This document shows, piece after piece, positions 24,501 to 36,431 of a stretch of 64,000 nt of DNA. Where the stretch lies: assembly GCA_965645245.1 (NCBI GenBank), contig OZ287088.1, forward strand, positions 248,001 through 312,000, given 5' to 3'. The DNA comes from Massalongia carnosa (Eukaryota). Numbering within the stretch: position 1 is the first letter of the stretch; every line of letters begins with the position of its first letter. The notes below the pieces were generated by a model. That model did not search any database. It worked only from the letters and a program-made list of their open reading frames with translations, and was not told where the DNA came from. The translations under genes were made by a program, and so were the position numbers.

Positions 24501-24836
24501 ACATATTAGTGATAGTAGATCGTTTAACGAAAAGACGATTATATGAACCACTAACCTCTCTCTCCACTGACGAACTGATGGACGCAATGTCCAGAAGATT
24601 ATTCTCCTCCTACGGATTTCCTATATCAACAGTCAACGATCGCGGTAGTCAACTAACCGCTCACCTTTGGAAAAGAGGTTGCGAAAGATACGGTGTTAAA
24701 ATAAAGTTCTCTTCCGCACATCACCCCGAAACAGACGGTCAAATCGAAAACGCCAACAAGGTAATGAAGAACTACCTTCGAGCATACGTAAGTTATACAC
24801 AAGACAATTGGGTGGATTATCTCTCGGACGCCGACA
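21569..24836 (+). pseudogene. pol: pol of Gypsy element 2 (in-frame stops, truncated in integrase)
   Basis: ORFs 21650-23557, 23633-24127 and 24140-24841 share one frame, separated by single stops; motifs 'RFCVDYRALN', 'YLDD', 'ETDSSD', 'HPETDGQ'. Confidence 0.92.
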
Positions 24837-25287
24837 TGTGAGGAGATATTGTGGGTTTTCGAGAAATATGTCTGGCAGTGAGGTGTCTCTTGAGGTAATA
24901 TTCTTGGGGAGTGCTTGTAGAAGGAGAGGAGGTTGCGGTTGTAAGAAGTTCGGCTTGAGAAGGTGGGTCTGATAAGAGTAAGTCTGGATTCGTAAGGCCT
25001 GAAAGGGCAGGGACTTCTGAGGAGATCGGACCAATAGATGTAACACTATCAAGCACTTCTAGGAACTCCTCCTGAGTTTGTGCAAGGCGAAGAATGGTCA
25101 CTGATTCCGAAATCGAGGGTGTTACCTGAGTAATGGTAGATGAAAAGACAATTTCGTTTTTTGGTTAACTCGCACTGGGCACAAACAAAGTACGTTACTC
25201 TTCATTACGGTGCTTCTACAATCTATTATGAGATGAATTTAGTGATAGAAATTCTATGATTCGGAGTAGAGGAACATACCTTGATCT

Positions 25288-28200
25288 CTAACTCTTCAAG
25301 GAGCATCGCAAGTACATGTCTTCGGCTTCTTTCTTCTTGCCTTGATCCGAGTACAGATTTCCCAGATTGTTGGCTGTATCGAGTGTCGATGTGTGCTCAG
25401 GACCCCAGACCTTTTCGTATCCTGTCAATGCTCGCAAGTACATGACTTCGGCTTCTTTCATCTTGCCTTGATCCGAGTACAGAGCTCCCAGATTGTTGAT
25501 TATGTCGAGTGTCGATGTGTGCTCAGGACCCCAGGCCTTTTCCGTTCCTATCAATGCTCGCAAGTACATGTCTTCGGCTTCTTTCATCTTGCCTTGATCC
25601 GAGTACAGAGCTCCCAGATTGTTGACTGTATCGAGTGTCGATGTGTGCTCAGGACCCCAGGCCTTTTCCTTTCCTGTCAATGCTCGCAAGTACATGTCTT
25701 CGGCTTCTTTCATCTTGCCTTGATCCGAGTACAGAGCTCCCAGATTGTTGATTATGTCGAGTGTCGATGTGTGCTCAGGACCCCAGGCCTTTTCCTTTCC
25801 TGTCAATGCTCGCAAGTACATGTCTTCGGCTTCTTTCATCTTGCCTTGATCCGAGTACAGAGCTCCCAGATTGTTGACTGTATCGAGTGTCGATGTGTGC
25901 TCAGGACCCCAGGCCTTTTCCTTTCCTGTCAATGCTCGCAAGTACATGTCTTCGGCTTCTTTCATCTTGCCTTGATCCTTGTACAGAATTCCCAGATTGT
26001 TGACTGTATCGAGTGTCGATGTGTGCTCAGGACCCCAGGCCCTTTCCTTTCCTGTCAATGCTCGCAAGTACATGTCTTCGGCTTCTTTCATCTTGCCTTG
26101 TTCTCTTGAAAAATCACCAATAGCATGATATGAAAAATATAGTTCCCATCTCTCATTGCTTTCAAGGTTTTGAGTTCTTTTCCCAATGCAGAAGTGAACA
26201 CGGCTACAATGATCAAGCAGTCGTTTTCGATGCAGCCAGTTTGCTGAACTGTCAGTGGAATGACATGCCGAACCGATTACAGAAACTGCTAAAGAAGCTA
26301 TATCGTCCTTAGAGGTCCGACTCAAGTGAAAACACCATTCATGTATAACTGGATGCATCGCATACGATGAGTTCTCATATCGTGTTTCTATGAAAGAGTA
26401 GTCCAGCAGTATTTGAATCTTCTGTGTAAAGTCAAACTCCGTTTTCATGCTACATGAAAACCAGGTAGGTAATGTCTCTTTTGGGACAATGCTTTCGTGA
26501 AGTACAGGCGTGAATAAAGAATACCATAAATCTGAGTGATCGAGATATGCAAACAGATCAAGCAACTTTGCAGCGCTCGCGTCCTTGCGTCGCACATATT
26601 CGTAAGAAATGGTGTACGTAGACAAAATGTTACGGGGATAATATTTTAATTGCGTCATTTTGTTGTCGTGAAGCTTCTCCCAAGTCTCTTCATAGTATCG
26701 AATATAGTCGTTCACACTTGTACCGGTTCCGTGAATATAGGAGCCTGCATGAGCAAGTGCAAGGGGGAGACCACCCACTTTCTCGACGATCCTGTCAAGG
26801 CCTATATAATGCTTGCTTAGTGAATTGGCCTAAGACTGTTGCTTGGTTTTCATTACCTTCGATTGATCGTCCTATCCCGTATCGTAATACTTCTGCTCCT
26901 TGTAGATCGCTCATTCTCCCAAGTTGCCGGTCATGCCCATATTGTCGCAGCTGTCGTAATCGGCTTGTGATTAAAATAGAGCCGTGATTGGCTTCTGGGA
27001 AAAATTCTTTTACATCATATGATTGAGGATCATCTGCCTCAAGCGAATTATCACGATTGACGTAATCGAAAATGAGAAGCCATCGGTTGTTTTCCGGTTG
27101 ATCGAACCAAATTAGAATATTATTGATGATTTCAGTTAGCTCTTCAGGGGATGTTTTGGAGAATCTTCTACAAAAATCCGGAACTTGATCTTTGGGCAAT
27201 TTTCGACCAATCTGAGCAATACTTTGACGTACACTTTCCTTACTATCGCCGTTTAGCCAAAAAATTGAACTGAAAATCTTCTGTGATCTTTGAGCGAACT
27301 CGATTGCTAGCTGAGTCTTGCCGGAGCCGCCAAGTCCGTGCAAAACGAACACCTTCTGGCGAGTCTCACGAGTTGGCTTGGGGAAAAGGTTTTCCTTAAG
27401 GTCATTCATTTCCTGATCACGAGCTACGAATTTGGGTACACGGGGTAGGCCTTTTAAACTGAATGGCACTTTGTATGGACCAGAATCTATTCAAAGATTA
27501 AGTAAATCAAAGATTATCAAGGAAACATTAACGCACATTCTCGTGTGGAAAGATTATTTCCACAGAGCTTCATTTGTTTCATCATGCTTTCTGAAGCCAC
27601 ATAGCGGGTTGTGGCGGCCATAATCTTGTTCTTCTGTGCTCCATCTTCGAGTCCAATACTCTCAAGCCCATAAGAAACATTGAAACGAAGATAGCGATTC
27701 CCATCGTCGAGATCTGAATGTGCTCGATGGAAAGACTCCGCTGTTTTTTCTGTCTCTGTTGCAATGTCTTTCAATGTTTTTGCAATCTCGAAGAGGCTTG
27801 AGCCATAAGAATCCAAGGATGGAACACCGGTACCGATAGATATCAGGCATTTAATGTTTCCCTCAAGCGCTTCATCTGACCACACACTTTTGGCCTCCTT
27901 CCAAAGCTGTGCGACAGGATTGTTAGCCCCCACAGCCCCATCGACAAATTCTTCTTCAACCTGGCCAATTCTGATTGGATCAAAGAAGGATGATGCGGCA
28001 GATGTGGCTCGAGCTGCCTCCCAAATTCGTGTCTTATGGTACATATCTGAGGATCCTCGAGAAGGATACGATGTGAAAAGGACTGTGTCGGCAGTCTCTT
28101 TGCTCAGAGCGCATACAAATCTAGCCTTCGTTAATATCACTAGAATAGTACGTGTAAATGCAACTTCCAAAGCACTGACACTTTGCACTGCTGATTCTCC

Positions 28201-28580
28201 GATCCTTTGAGGAGAGCATTTTCGCCTGCCTTGTCCTTCCGCTTTACGATTTCTCGAATCGACCGTTCCAGCTCTTCTGTGTCGAATCTCTCTTGTACGT
28301 GTCCGTTTATTGTGACACGATGCCGCTTTTTTTGAAACACTTGATCGAACAATGCGACATAAGCATCGATACATTCATCAATGTTCATCTCAAGACGACC
28401 CAGCATGATAGCAATCAATCCACCGGTACTTGTCCCTCCGATCATGTCAAAGTACTCGCATGGCTTCGGCGGCGCATCCGGATTGATGATCTCCATCAGT
28501 CGCTTGAGGATTGCGAGTGACGACAGCCCTCGCACTCCACCTCCATCGAGAGATAATAGGTATAAGTCTTTATCTGGCAT
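25288..28580 (-). CDS. Fungal NLR: patatin-like phospholipase + NB-ARC + TPR (PLP-1-like architecture), 4 exons, ~1042 aa
   Basis: Exons 28580-28180, 28120-27537, 27486-26857 and 26801-25288 splice in frame (GT-AG). Patatin DGGGVRG / GTSTG / DGA; P-loop GLGGSGKT; 'GGLPLAL'; 'MHPVIH'; 42-aa TPRs. Confidence 0.92.
25304..26101 (-). repeat. Six complete plus one partial near-identical 126-bp TPR-coding tandem repeats
   Basis: Unit QGKMKEAEDMYLRALTGKEKAWGPEHTSTLDTVNNLGALYSD repeated with only a few variable codons. Confidence 0.97.
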
Positions 28581-28720
28581 GACAGAAGGTCCTGAACTTC
28601 TTATATTTATACAGCTAGCCTGTTAAGAATGTGCAGAGGTCGTATCACGTAGTGGGCTATGTGAAGAATGGGTGCAAAAAGGTGAGTATTTGTTGTGGTC
28701 TAGGCTAACTATCTATGTGG

Positions 28721-28854
28721 CAGGGCGGGGTGACAAAATAAGTGGCAGTTATGTAAGCTAGGTTCCCGCCAAAAATATGAAGTTTTGATAGGACATTTTG
28801 GCCGCGACCTAGTTTACCTACGAGTAACTGCCACTTATTTTGTCAGGGCGCCTG
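28721..28854. mobile_element. 134-bp MITE-like inverted repeat upstream of the NLR
   Basis: Perfect 21-bp core TGACAAAATAAGTGGCAGTTA / TAACTGCCACTTATTTTGTCA, CAGG...CCTG ends, flanked by direct repeat GTGG. Confidence 0.7.
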
Positions 28855-28869
28855 GTGGAATATCAATGG

Positions 28870-30302
28870 TGTGAGTTCCTACGCACAGACTTACCAACCC
28901 TGAGAAGTCCTTAGAATTTCAGGGAACATCAAACCTAGAAAATGACGACGCAATAGTTCTAGGTGATAATGTTCCCGGAGAAAGTATTGAGGGTGCAGAG
29001 AACCCCTCACTGAACGAAGGCGATATTCCCGGAAATCGCGAAACTCCGGGAAATCAAGAAGAAGGAAACGAGACCTCGGATACTGACATCCGAGCGCCAG
29101 AATTCGAAGGTCTGCCGACTACTGGACGAAATTCGCCAGAGCCAGCACAGAATTCAAAAAGGGGGCAGAAAGCCACGCTCCCACCGAAAAATCAACAGCT
29201 TGTTTCCGCAGCATCTTCCCGGTCAAGACGCACGAAAAAGCCATATGACTCCAAGGCATTTGATAAGTCAAAAGCACCGATGGCTATCGTTTATATAGCT
29301 CGATTGCCTGAACCGGCTACCTATAAGGAAGCCATGACTGGACCAAATCGCCGTGAATGGAGGGGGGCAACGGAAGAAGAGCTGGAAGCGCTGCGGTGGA
29401 AACGCACGTTTATCATCGTGCCGAGGCCGAAAAACCGTGAGCTAATAACTTCGAAATGGGTGTTCAAAATCAAATACACATCCGCCGCAGTTATTGAGCG
29501 GTTCAAGGCCAGACTTTGTGCTAGAGGTTTCAGTCAGAACTATGGCATTGATTACGAAGAGACATTTGCACCCACCTTGAGGTTCGAATCTCTGAGAATG
29601 TTAATGGCAATTAGTGCGTTACTAAACCTGGAAGCACATCAAATGGACGTTTCAAATGCCTATTTAGAAGGTGAGTTGGAAGAAGAAATCTACATGGAAA
29701 TACCAGAGGGAATGGATGTTCCGAACGAAAAGAATAAGGCCCTTCTACTGCAAAAAGGCCTTTATGGTCTCAAGCAATCCGGCCGAGTCTGGAGCAGAAA
29801 GTTCAGAAGGTATCTGAGATCCATTGGATTCGAACCAATCTCAGCCGACAATTGTGTATTTATAAACCTCCAAGCCGGCGTCATTATCTCAGTATACGTC
29901 GATGATCTTCTCATTTTTGCCGCCAAAATATCCCGCATCAATGCAGTCAAGGCACAGCTAAAACGGGAGTATAAGATGAAGGATTTGGGAGAGGTGGACC
30001 ACATCTTGGGAATGCGAGTGCGGAGAAACCGAAAATCTAGAAATCTAACACAAGATCAGTCAGTATACATCAACAACTTCATTTCGAAATATGGGATGGA
30101 AAATGCACACCCAGTTTCAACTCGATTGATGGATATGCAGCACTGACTGCCGCCACCCCCACGGAACCCAGGACCGACCAACTGGAGTATCAGAAAAAGC
30201 TATGATCCCACCAAAGAGATGGCAGCTGATATTCTGACAAAGCCTTTGACCAAGGCGGCTTTTGAACGCGGACGTGCTCTACTATGTATGAAGAAGACCT
30301 AG
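28870..30302 (+). mobile_element. Ty1/Copia fragment (linker, RT, internally deleted RNase H)
   Basis: ORF 29280-30146: 'EPATYKEA', 'KWVFKIK', 'RFKARLCARGFSQ', 'LYGLKQS', 'YVDD'; RNase H tail 'EMAADILTKPL' at ~30216. No LTRs seen. Confidence 0.9.
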
Positions 30303-30641
30303 AGAGTTAGCGATAGTTTATCGCAACCACATCGGCCCACGAGGGCCCATGGCCTACCTGAGCATCGTGTTCAGATGGGCAGAACGCGGAGGATTTCTTT
30401 TAATTCGTTTTCAGGCATGCGAGGGTATGAAGCCATTCAGATACTCGGAGTGGGAGTATTGGAATTTGCCGAGATACCTGAATATTTGCGACCGAGGTTC
30501 TTTTGCCTCCTGCTTACTAATTTCCAGATTAGGCAATCATATGCTATCCCTTCGTTTGGCAGCCATTTAGGTAATAGGTATTCATTTCTACACGCACCGT
30601 CACCGGGTAATGACTAATAACTTTAATCTGACCAATCAGAT

Positions 30642-31813
30642 TTACTGCTTAAAGATCATATCATTGAGGCCATTCGTATAATACCGGGCCAGGGGGGCAA
30701 ACAATGAAACATCTAGGGGTTGCAACCGGTGCGTAGTATGCGATAGTAGAATCATCAATAGAATTCGTAGTTCATCGCATTTATTGATGAATTTCATATT
30801 GACGTGGCTAGAATGACCATCCACCACCAGCAACCGCCTTCTATGCCCCATATGCTTCGTACATCGTTCAAAAACACGCTCAAGCCAGTTCAGACCAAGC
30901 AGGTCACAACTCCATCCATTGGAGGAGACCGCGAAGAAAGCTTGCTGATCTACACTCCAATCTTCTAACCATGTATCCTGAAGTGTCTTTGAATCGCCTC
31001 TATAGATCAGTGCGGGTGGTAAAGCGGTACCGTTTGCGCATATGCAAGCCAGTAGACTGATTGAATTCACGACTTCCATCTTGACTCGCATGGGTTATGC
31101 GCCCCGATTCTAGAGCTTTAAGAGTCATTATTCGCTTTACGGCAGAGGCCATGCCAATTAAAAAGCCCTTTTCGTCCCAATTATAGACGTTATCTGCTGT
31201 GATATTATATTTTTCGATGCCCGCGATCAACTAGAAGAAATGTTGACTATTAGGCATAAATGCGACGCAATTAGGGGCAATTTTATTTCAAAACTACGGA
31301 CCTGATCATAGAATTGCTTGAATGTAGGTGCATACTCAGACTTTATACGTAGACTGTCCATGTTGCGTAAATATAGACTTTTAAGTCTATCTTGATTTCG
31401 CTTAGTGAATTCTCCCGCCCAGTTCCTACCTACTGACGACTGGATCATTTCTTCTGCCAAATTGCGCACAATTGTAGGGGTAGGAGGTATTCCTCTGTCG
31501 GTTAATCGATTGATTTGTGAGATTAGAGCCTCTTCTTGGACCGTTGTGAGGCGTTGCTTATGTGTGGATGAAGCCTCCCGTCGGGAGACCGATTGGCCTT
31601 TCCATCGCCGCCGAAGAGTAATTTCGACTAGGCCAAATTTCTTAGCAGTTGCAAGTATATTTGGTCGCTCTTGCGATTCTAAATTAGCAATTGCTTGGTC
31701 AATTGGGGCGGTGGTGGTAGTGTTATTCATAGTTGAAGAGGGTAAGGTGGTGCGGAGTAATTTTCTAAAATTCGGCGTTGTCACCGGGTTCGGCGTTTCA
31801 CCGGGAAATCCCG
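30642..31813 (-). mobile_element. Truncated pogo/Fot1-type transposon with intron-containing transposase
   Basis: One TIR with internal direct repeats ending at 31813, followed by TA; HTH-psq/Tc5 N-terminus; intron 31301-31231; 'YNWDEKGF', 'VDGHSSH', 'QPLDV'; frameshift ~31061; 3' end missing. Confidence 0.88.
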
Positions 31814-32065
31814 TATTTAGTAGCGTACAAATAGCGAAGACAAAGGTCCGCGGCCCGCATGTGGTCAGGACCCGGATTGGTTAGAAATTCGGCTGATTTG
31901 GAAGCTGATTTTGCAATGTCTGGTCGGGTCATTATGGCCGATAGCAGATGTATGAAATATAAATTCACTTTGTAGGTATAGTAGCATGATTGTCATTGAA
32001 GGTGATTATCTATGTGGGCTATTTGTCTGCTTTATATAGCAGTCACAAAACAGTCACATCTAGGA

Positions 32066-32145
32066 GGTCAGACCTTGTCCCCCTGACGGTCAGACCTTGT
32101 CCCCCTGACGGTCAGACCTTGTCCCCCTGACGGTCAGACCTTGTC
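32066..32145 (+). repeat. 22-bp tandem repeat GGTCAGACCTTGTCCCCCTGAC x3.6
   Basis: Three exact copies plus a 14-nt partial copy, no spacers. Confidence 0.95.
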
Positions 32146-32432
32146 TCCCATCTCTGCTTGTTTGGGCACTTTGCAAGGCACCTCCCGAAGCTCATGATGG
32201 ATGCCCATCGAGAAGACTCGGGACAGTCCCCCCCCCACCGTCCCCCCAGCGAAAATCATTCCAAATTAGGACTAGCTACAAGCCACCTCCCCATACTAAA
32301 TAATTAGGTGCATATACCTCGTTCACCGTCTCTATTAATAATATTATAGGTATAGGCAGCCAACCCTCTGTATAAATTTATCACTATGATAGGTAGACCG
32401 CACTTCTTCTCTCCCTAATCTTTTTCTTTGCT

Positions 32433-34096
32433 ATGGCCCTCACATCAACGTCCCTGGATGCACGTTTGCAAAGGGCTATAGCGAGTTTACCGTCTTCTCA
32501 TCGTCTTCCTCCGAGTGAGAGTGAAATCTTTATCTCCTGGGAGGAGGGAAAAACCCGCCTTCAGAATTATGCCTTTACTCAAGGCTTTGCATTGGTCACA
32601 GAGACTAATGATAAGAAGAATCATCTCGTTATACTAGATTGCACCCGTCATCACAAAAGAGAAAGAAACACTAGAAAGCTAGAGGAGAAGGACCGCGTAC
32701 GAAAAAACACGAAGGTCTCGTTCAACGAGTGCAAATATCGACTAAGACTGAAGCAAAACAAAGACGAATCGTGGAGATTAATCATCACCAATCCTGATCA
32801 CAATCACGAGATGGCTACAGACCCCTTCGGTTTCAAAGAGCATCGTAGCCAAGACCTCGATCGAGCAACTGCCCTAGATCAAGCAAAAAGTCTCCGTGAT
32901 GCATCAACTAGATACGGTCAAGCATCTCGCGTTTTGGGAATGACTGGCCTGCGCCTTTCGAAGAAGGACTATTACAACCTGGCTCGATCCCAGGGCAAAC
33001 ATACACCTGAAGAAGAGTTGACCTATGCACTTGGATTTCTAGAAGAAGAAGGGTTTCATGTACGGACTTTGGAGAAATATCTCGTTGAAAACAATACTCC
33101 CCGAAGACGTATTGTTGAACATTTCTTTTTCTGTAACGCTGAACAGATCCGACTGACTAGACGATTCGTCAGTGGATTTTTGATAGAAACGGATGCTACG
33201 TTCAATACAAATCAGTTGAACTTACCTCTATCGGTGTTGGTTGGCATCACCAACACAAATCAGACTTTCCCCGCGGCCTATTGTTATATAACTTCTGAAT
33301 CGGCTGAGTACTTTACGTTTCTATTTGATTGTATGAAAGATATCTTTTTTCATGATACAAGTCCTGGTCCTAGGGTCATCCTCGGAGACTTCGCCGCTGG
33401 ATTGACTGCAGCGATGCATAAAAAACGGGCTAAGGAAATAAACCCGGATGCAGCAATGACCGTTGCATGGCAAGTCGCCCAATCAATACACGAAACCGAC
33501 CCTGATTGTGTGTTGCAATTATGCTCGTGGCACGCAGCGGAGGCAATCAAGAAACGCCTGATCAGGGCGGGTTCATATCCTTTAGAAGTACGGAAAGAGC
33601 TGCATGAATTGATATGGGAGTGGACCAAAACTCCTACCGTTGAACAGCTGGATGAGAAGAGAAACGCGTTGATATTGAAGCTTCATGCTTCAGAAAAGGT
33701 ATGAAGCCATAAAAAAACGTCAATAAGGGCTAACTCACTCCTATTTCCAGGAGTATTTTACTAGCTATTATCAACTTCAGGAGTGTCAGTTTGTTTCCGC
33801 ATACACCAGAAAGTTCCCTAATTTAGGTGCACATAGCACACAAAGGGTGGAAGGTTTGCATCCGTTGGTAAAGAATGTGACAAATAGGCATACGGTCACG
33901 GGGTGTGGTAGCCAAAAAAGCGAAGGCTCAGTTGGAGTTGGAGTCTTAGCAGAGGGCCGACCAAGCGGCCAAACAAGCAAGGGCTGAGGAGAGGAAAAAC
34001 GCAGCTGCAAGAAAGGTTGCTAAGACTATGAAGCCTAGAAAGGATAATGTTTCGCAATTGAGTGATGCATTTTCAGAATTGAGATCATCGCAATGA
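32433..34096 (+). pseudogene. MULE/Mutator transposase, internally deleted
   Basis: FAR1/WRKY-like N-terminus (C...C...H-x-H), 'ETDATFNTN..NLPL', 'GDFAAG', 'LCSWH'; intron ~33699-33750 then 'TQRVEGLH'; homology breaks at ~33890. Confidence 0.85.
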
Positions 34097-34120
34097 GTGG
34101 TAGAAGTAGTAGTAATAGTA

Positions 34121-36378
34121 CAGTCAAACCTTCCTATAACGATTTTGGTTATAACGATAATCGCTCCACAACGATTGGTTGGAGAAATCCGGCAATTTTA
34201 GGTGCAAAATAACGATAATCTCCCTATTACGATATCGTTAGTAAATCTCAAAATTTTTGTAGGGTATCGTTATACATAGAAGCCAGGTTGCACCTCGACC
34301 GAACTTCCTGCTTAAATAATGCAGTGTAGGTTTTTGATAGGTATATATATAGGAGCCTATTCTGCTATATTTTCATAGAATCACTCTTTACTAGAGGTAG
34401 TAATAGAAGCAGTCACAAATCAAGCTCTGGTTAAGCTGATTAGCCAAGTCGTTCCCATTTGTTGTATTACCATTTGATAACCTAGCCTCCTACTTCCAAG
34501 ATATTCGCCGAGTATTCACAACATCATGTCGTCCATCTTGAATAGACCTATTAGCTCCTCCGCCGGCGTCAAGCGACGACGAGCTATTACTGACGCTGAG
34601 AGAAAGGCCTTGCGAGCTCACTATAACCAGGTGGATCATCCCAAGCCCAATTCCAACTCCTTAATAGCCTGGTTTCTAAATCAGTTTGGTCGTAAGCTGT
34701 CTCAATCCACGGTTTCTGTCTGTTTGTCTCATCAGTATGATCATCTGGATGATTCAAGACTCATTCATCCGCAATCAAAGAAGAGACAGCCAGCAAATTG
34801 GGAAGATCTGGAGATGGCGTTGTACGAATGGCAGCAGAAACAGGAGCTCAAGCATGCCACCATAACAGGTGATATATTGAAGGCCATGGCCAAAAGATTC
34901 TGGGCTCGAATGCCGCAATATCAAGGCGTTGAGGAGCCCAAATTCTCAACAGGCTGGTTGGACGGCTTCAAGAAGCGGTATAAGATTCATAGAGTAGTTC
35001 GTCATGGCGAAGCTGCTGCGGTAGATCAAGCAACAGTGGAGCTTGAACTCGTGAATCTCAGGGAAGAACTAAAGTCGTATCCTAATGAAGACATCTATAA
35101 CATGGACGAATCAGCTCTATACTGGAAAATGACGCCGGATCGTACCTTGGCAGTGTCTGATTCAGCTGGTGTTAAGTTGAATAAGTCTAGAATCACCATC
35201 AATCTTTGTTGTAATGTCGTGGGTCACAAGATGGATCCATGGTTTATTGGAACGGCAGCAAAGCCTCGCTGTTTTGCTCGATCTGGCGTCAAGATAGAAA
35301 ACCTACCGATGACTTGGCGTCATAACAAAAAAGCATGGATGACAGGCAAGATATTCAAAGAGTATCTTCTATGGTTCAACGCTTTGACCGCAGATCGCAA
35401 TGTAGTGCTTCTAGTAGATGGGTTTTCATCCCATCACGCCGGATTGAAGCTTTTAGAAGCAGATGAAACTGCTCTGAACAACGTGAAGGTACGTTAGACT
35501 GATGTGTATTTTCAAGAGCGTCGATTAATCAACTTTTTAGGTACTTACCTGCCAACGCCACAAGCGTCTGTCAACCTCTTGATCAAGGCATCATCAAGGC
35601 CTTTAAAGCTCATTATCGTCGGCATTGGTTGAATTACATCTGTTCGGAATATGATTTGGATCGCGATCCGTTAAAGTCAATTCATATTCTACAAGCTCTT
35701 CGATGGAGTGTAGCTGCTTGGCAAGAAGACGTTTCTTCTACTACAATTGCCAATTGCTGGTTGAAATCCAAAGTTTTGGGTCCAAAGTACGGACCTGTTT
35801 CGGAATGTGTGGCTATACAATTGGGGTGGAAGGAGCAGTCTGATGCAGATGATGTCAAGCAGCGAGAGATGATCAAGCAGATGGACGCTACAATACGGAC
35901 TCTACAAGACAAAAATCACATCACAGAGGCGATGAAGATAGATCATTTCTTGGATCTCGTGGATGAGGTGGTGGAAGACAACGAGGAGGAGATATTTGAA
36001 CAGATTCTGGACAGTTATAGTCACCCTTTGATTGAACGAGACCATGAGACAGATGAGGAGCAAGAGATGATGGCAAAAGTGAGCAGTGCAGAAGCTATTA
36101 CTGCTTTGAATAGACTCTGTCTCTACGAGGAGCAACAAGACAACGGTAACAGCGAGGTTTTGCGATGTTTGACACGTTATCGACGGGATATCAGAGGCAG
36201 AGGCACACAGGAGTTGCAGCAACAGTCTATTCAGACTTATTTTCATGCTATATAGATTCTTAGGTCTATGAATCTCATCATCACACATAACCGTTATGTT
36301 TAACTTATAAATAATATATTCTGGCTATAACGATTGGCCGGCGTGGACAAACCCTATCGTTATAGGAAGGTTTGACTG
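34121..36378 (+). mobile_element. Tigger/CENP-B-like pogo transposon, both ends intact
   Basis: 23-bp TIR CAGTCAAACCTTCCTATAACGAT, TA TSD on both sides. Transposase 34526-36255 ('YNMDESAL', 'VDGFSSH', 'QPLDQG') with intron ~35489-35540, whose simplest splice is out of frame. Confidence 0.93.
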
Positions 36379-36431
36379 TAGTAGTATGAATAGACGAGGA
36401 TTTTTCAGAATGCGGGGCTAAGCTAAATCAG

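Larger units (their letters stand above)
19422..24836 (+). mobile_element. Degenerate, 3'-truncated Ty3/Gypsy element (Tf1/chromovirus-like)
   Basis: Short LTR-like unit TGTCAGGG...CCTTACA (19422-19601) with a ~120-bp tandem duplication; gag fragments 19935-21581; pol 21650-24841 (protease 'LIDNGS', RT 'YLDD', RNase H, integrase) with stops at 23555 and 24125. No 3' LTR. Confidence 0.9.

Noticed and set aside
24837..25140. TGTGAGG... as the start of a new LTR truncating Gypsy 2
   Set aside because: No second copy, CA end or TSD found in the window.
25342..26109. 255-aa Cys-rich repetitive ORF on the + strand
   Set aside because: Antisense shadow of the TPR array; open only because the repeat unit lacks a stop in that frame.
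32066..32145. 22-bp repeats as a CRISPR array
   Set aside because: Head-to-tail copies with no spacers, eukaryotic context, no cas genes.
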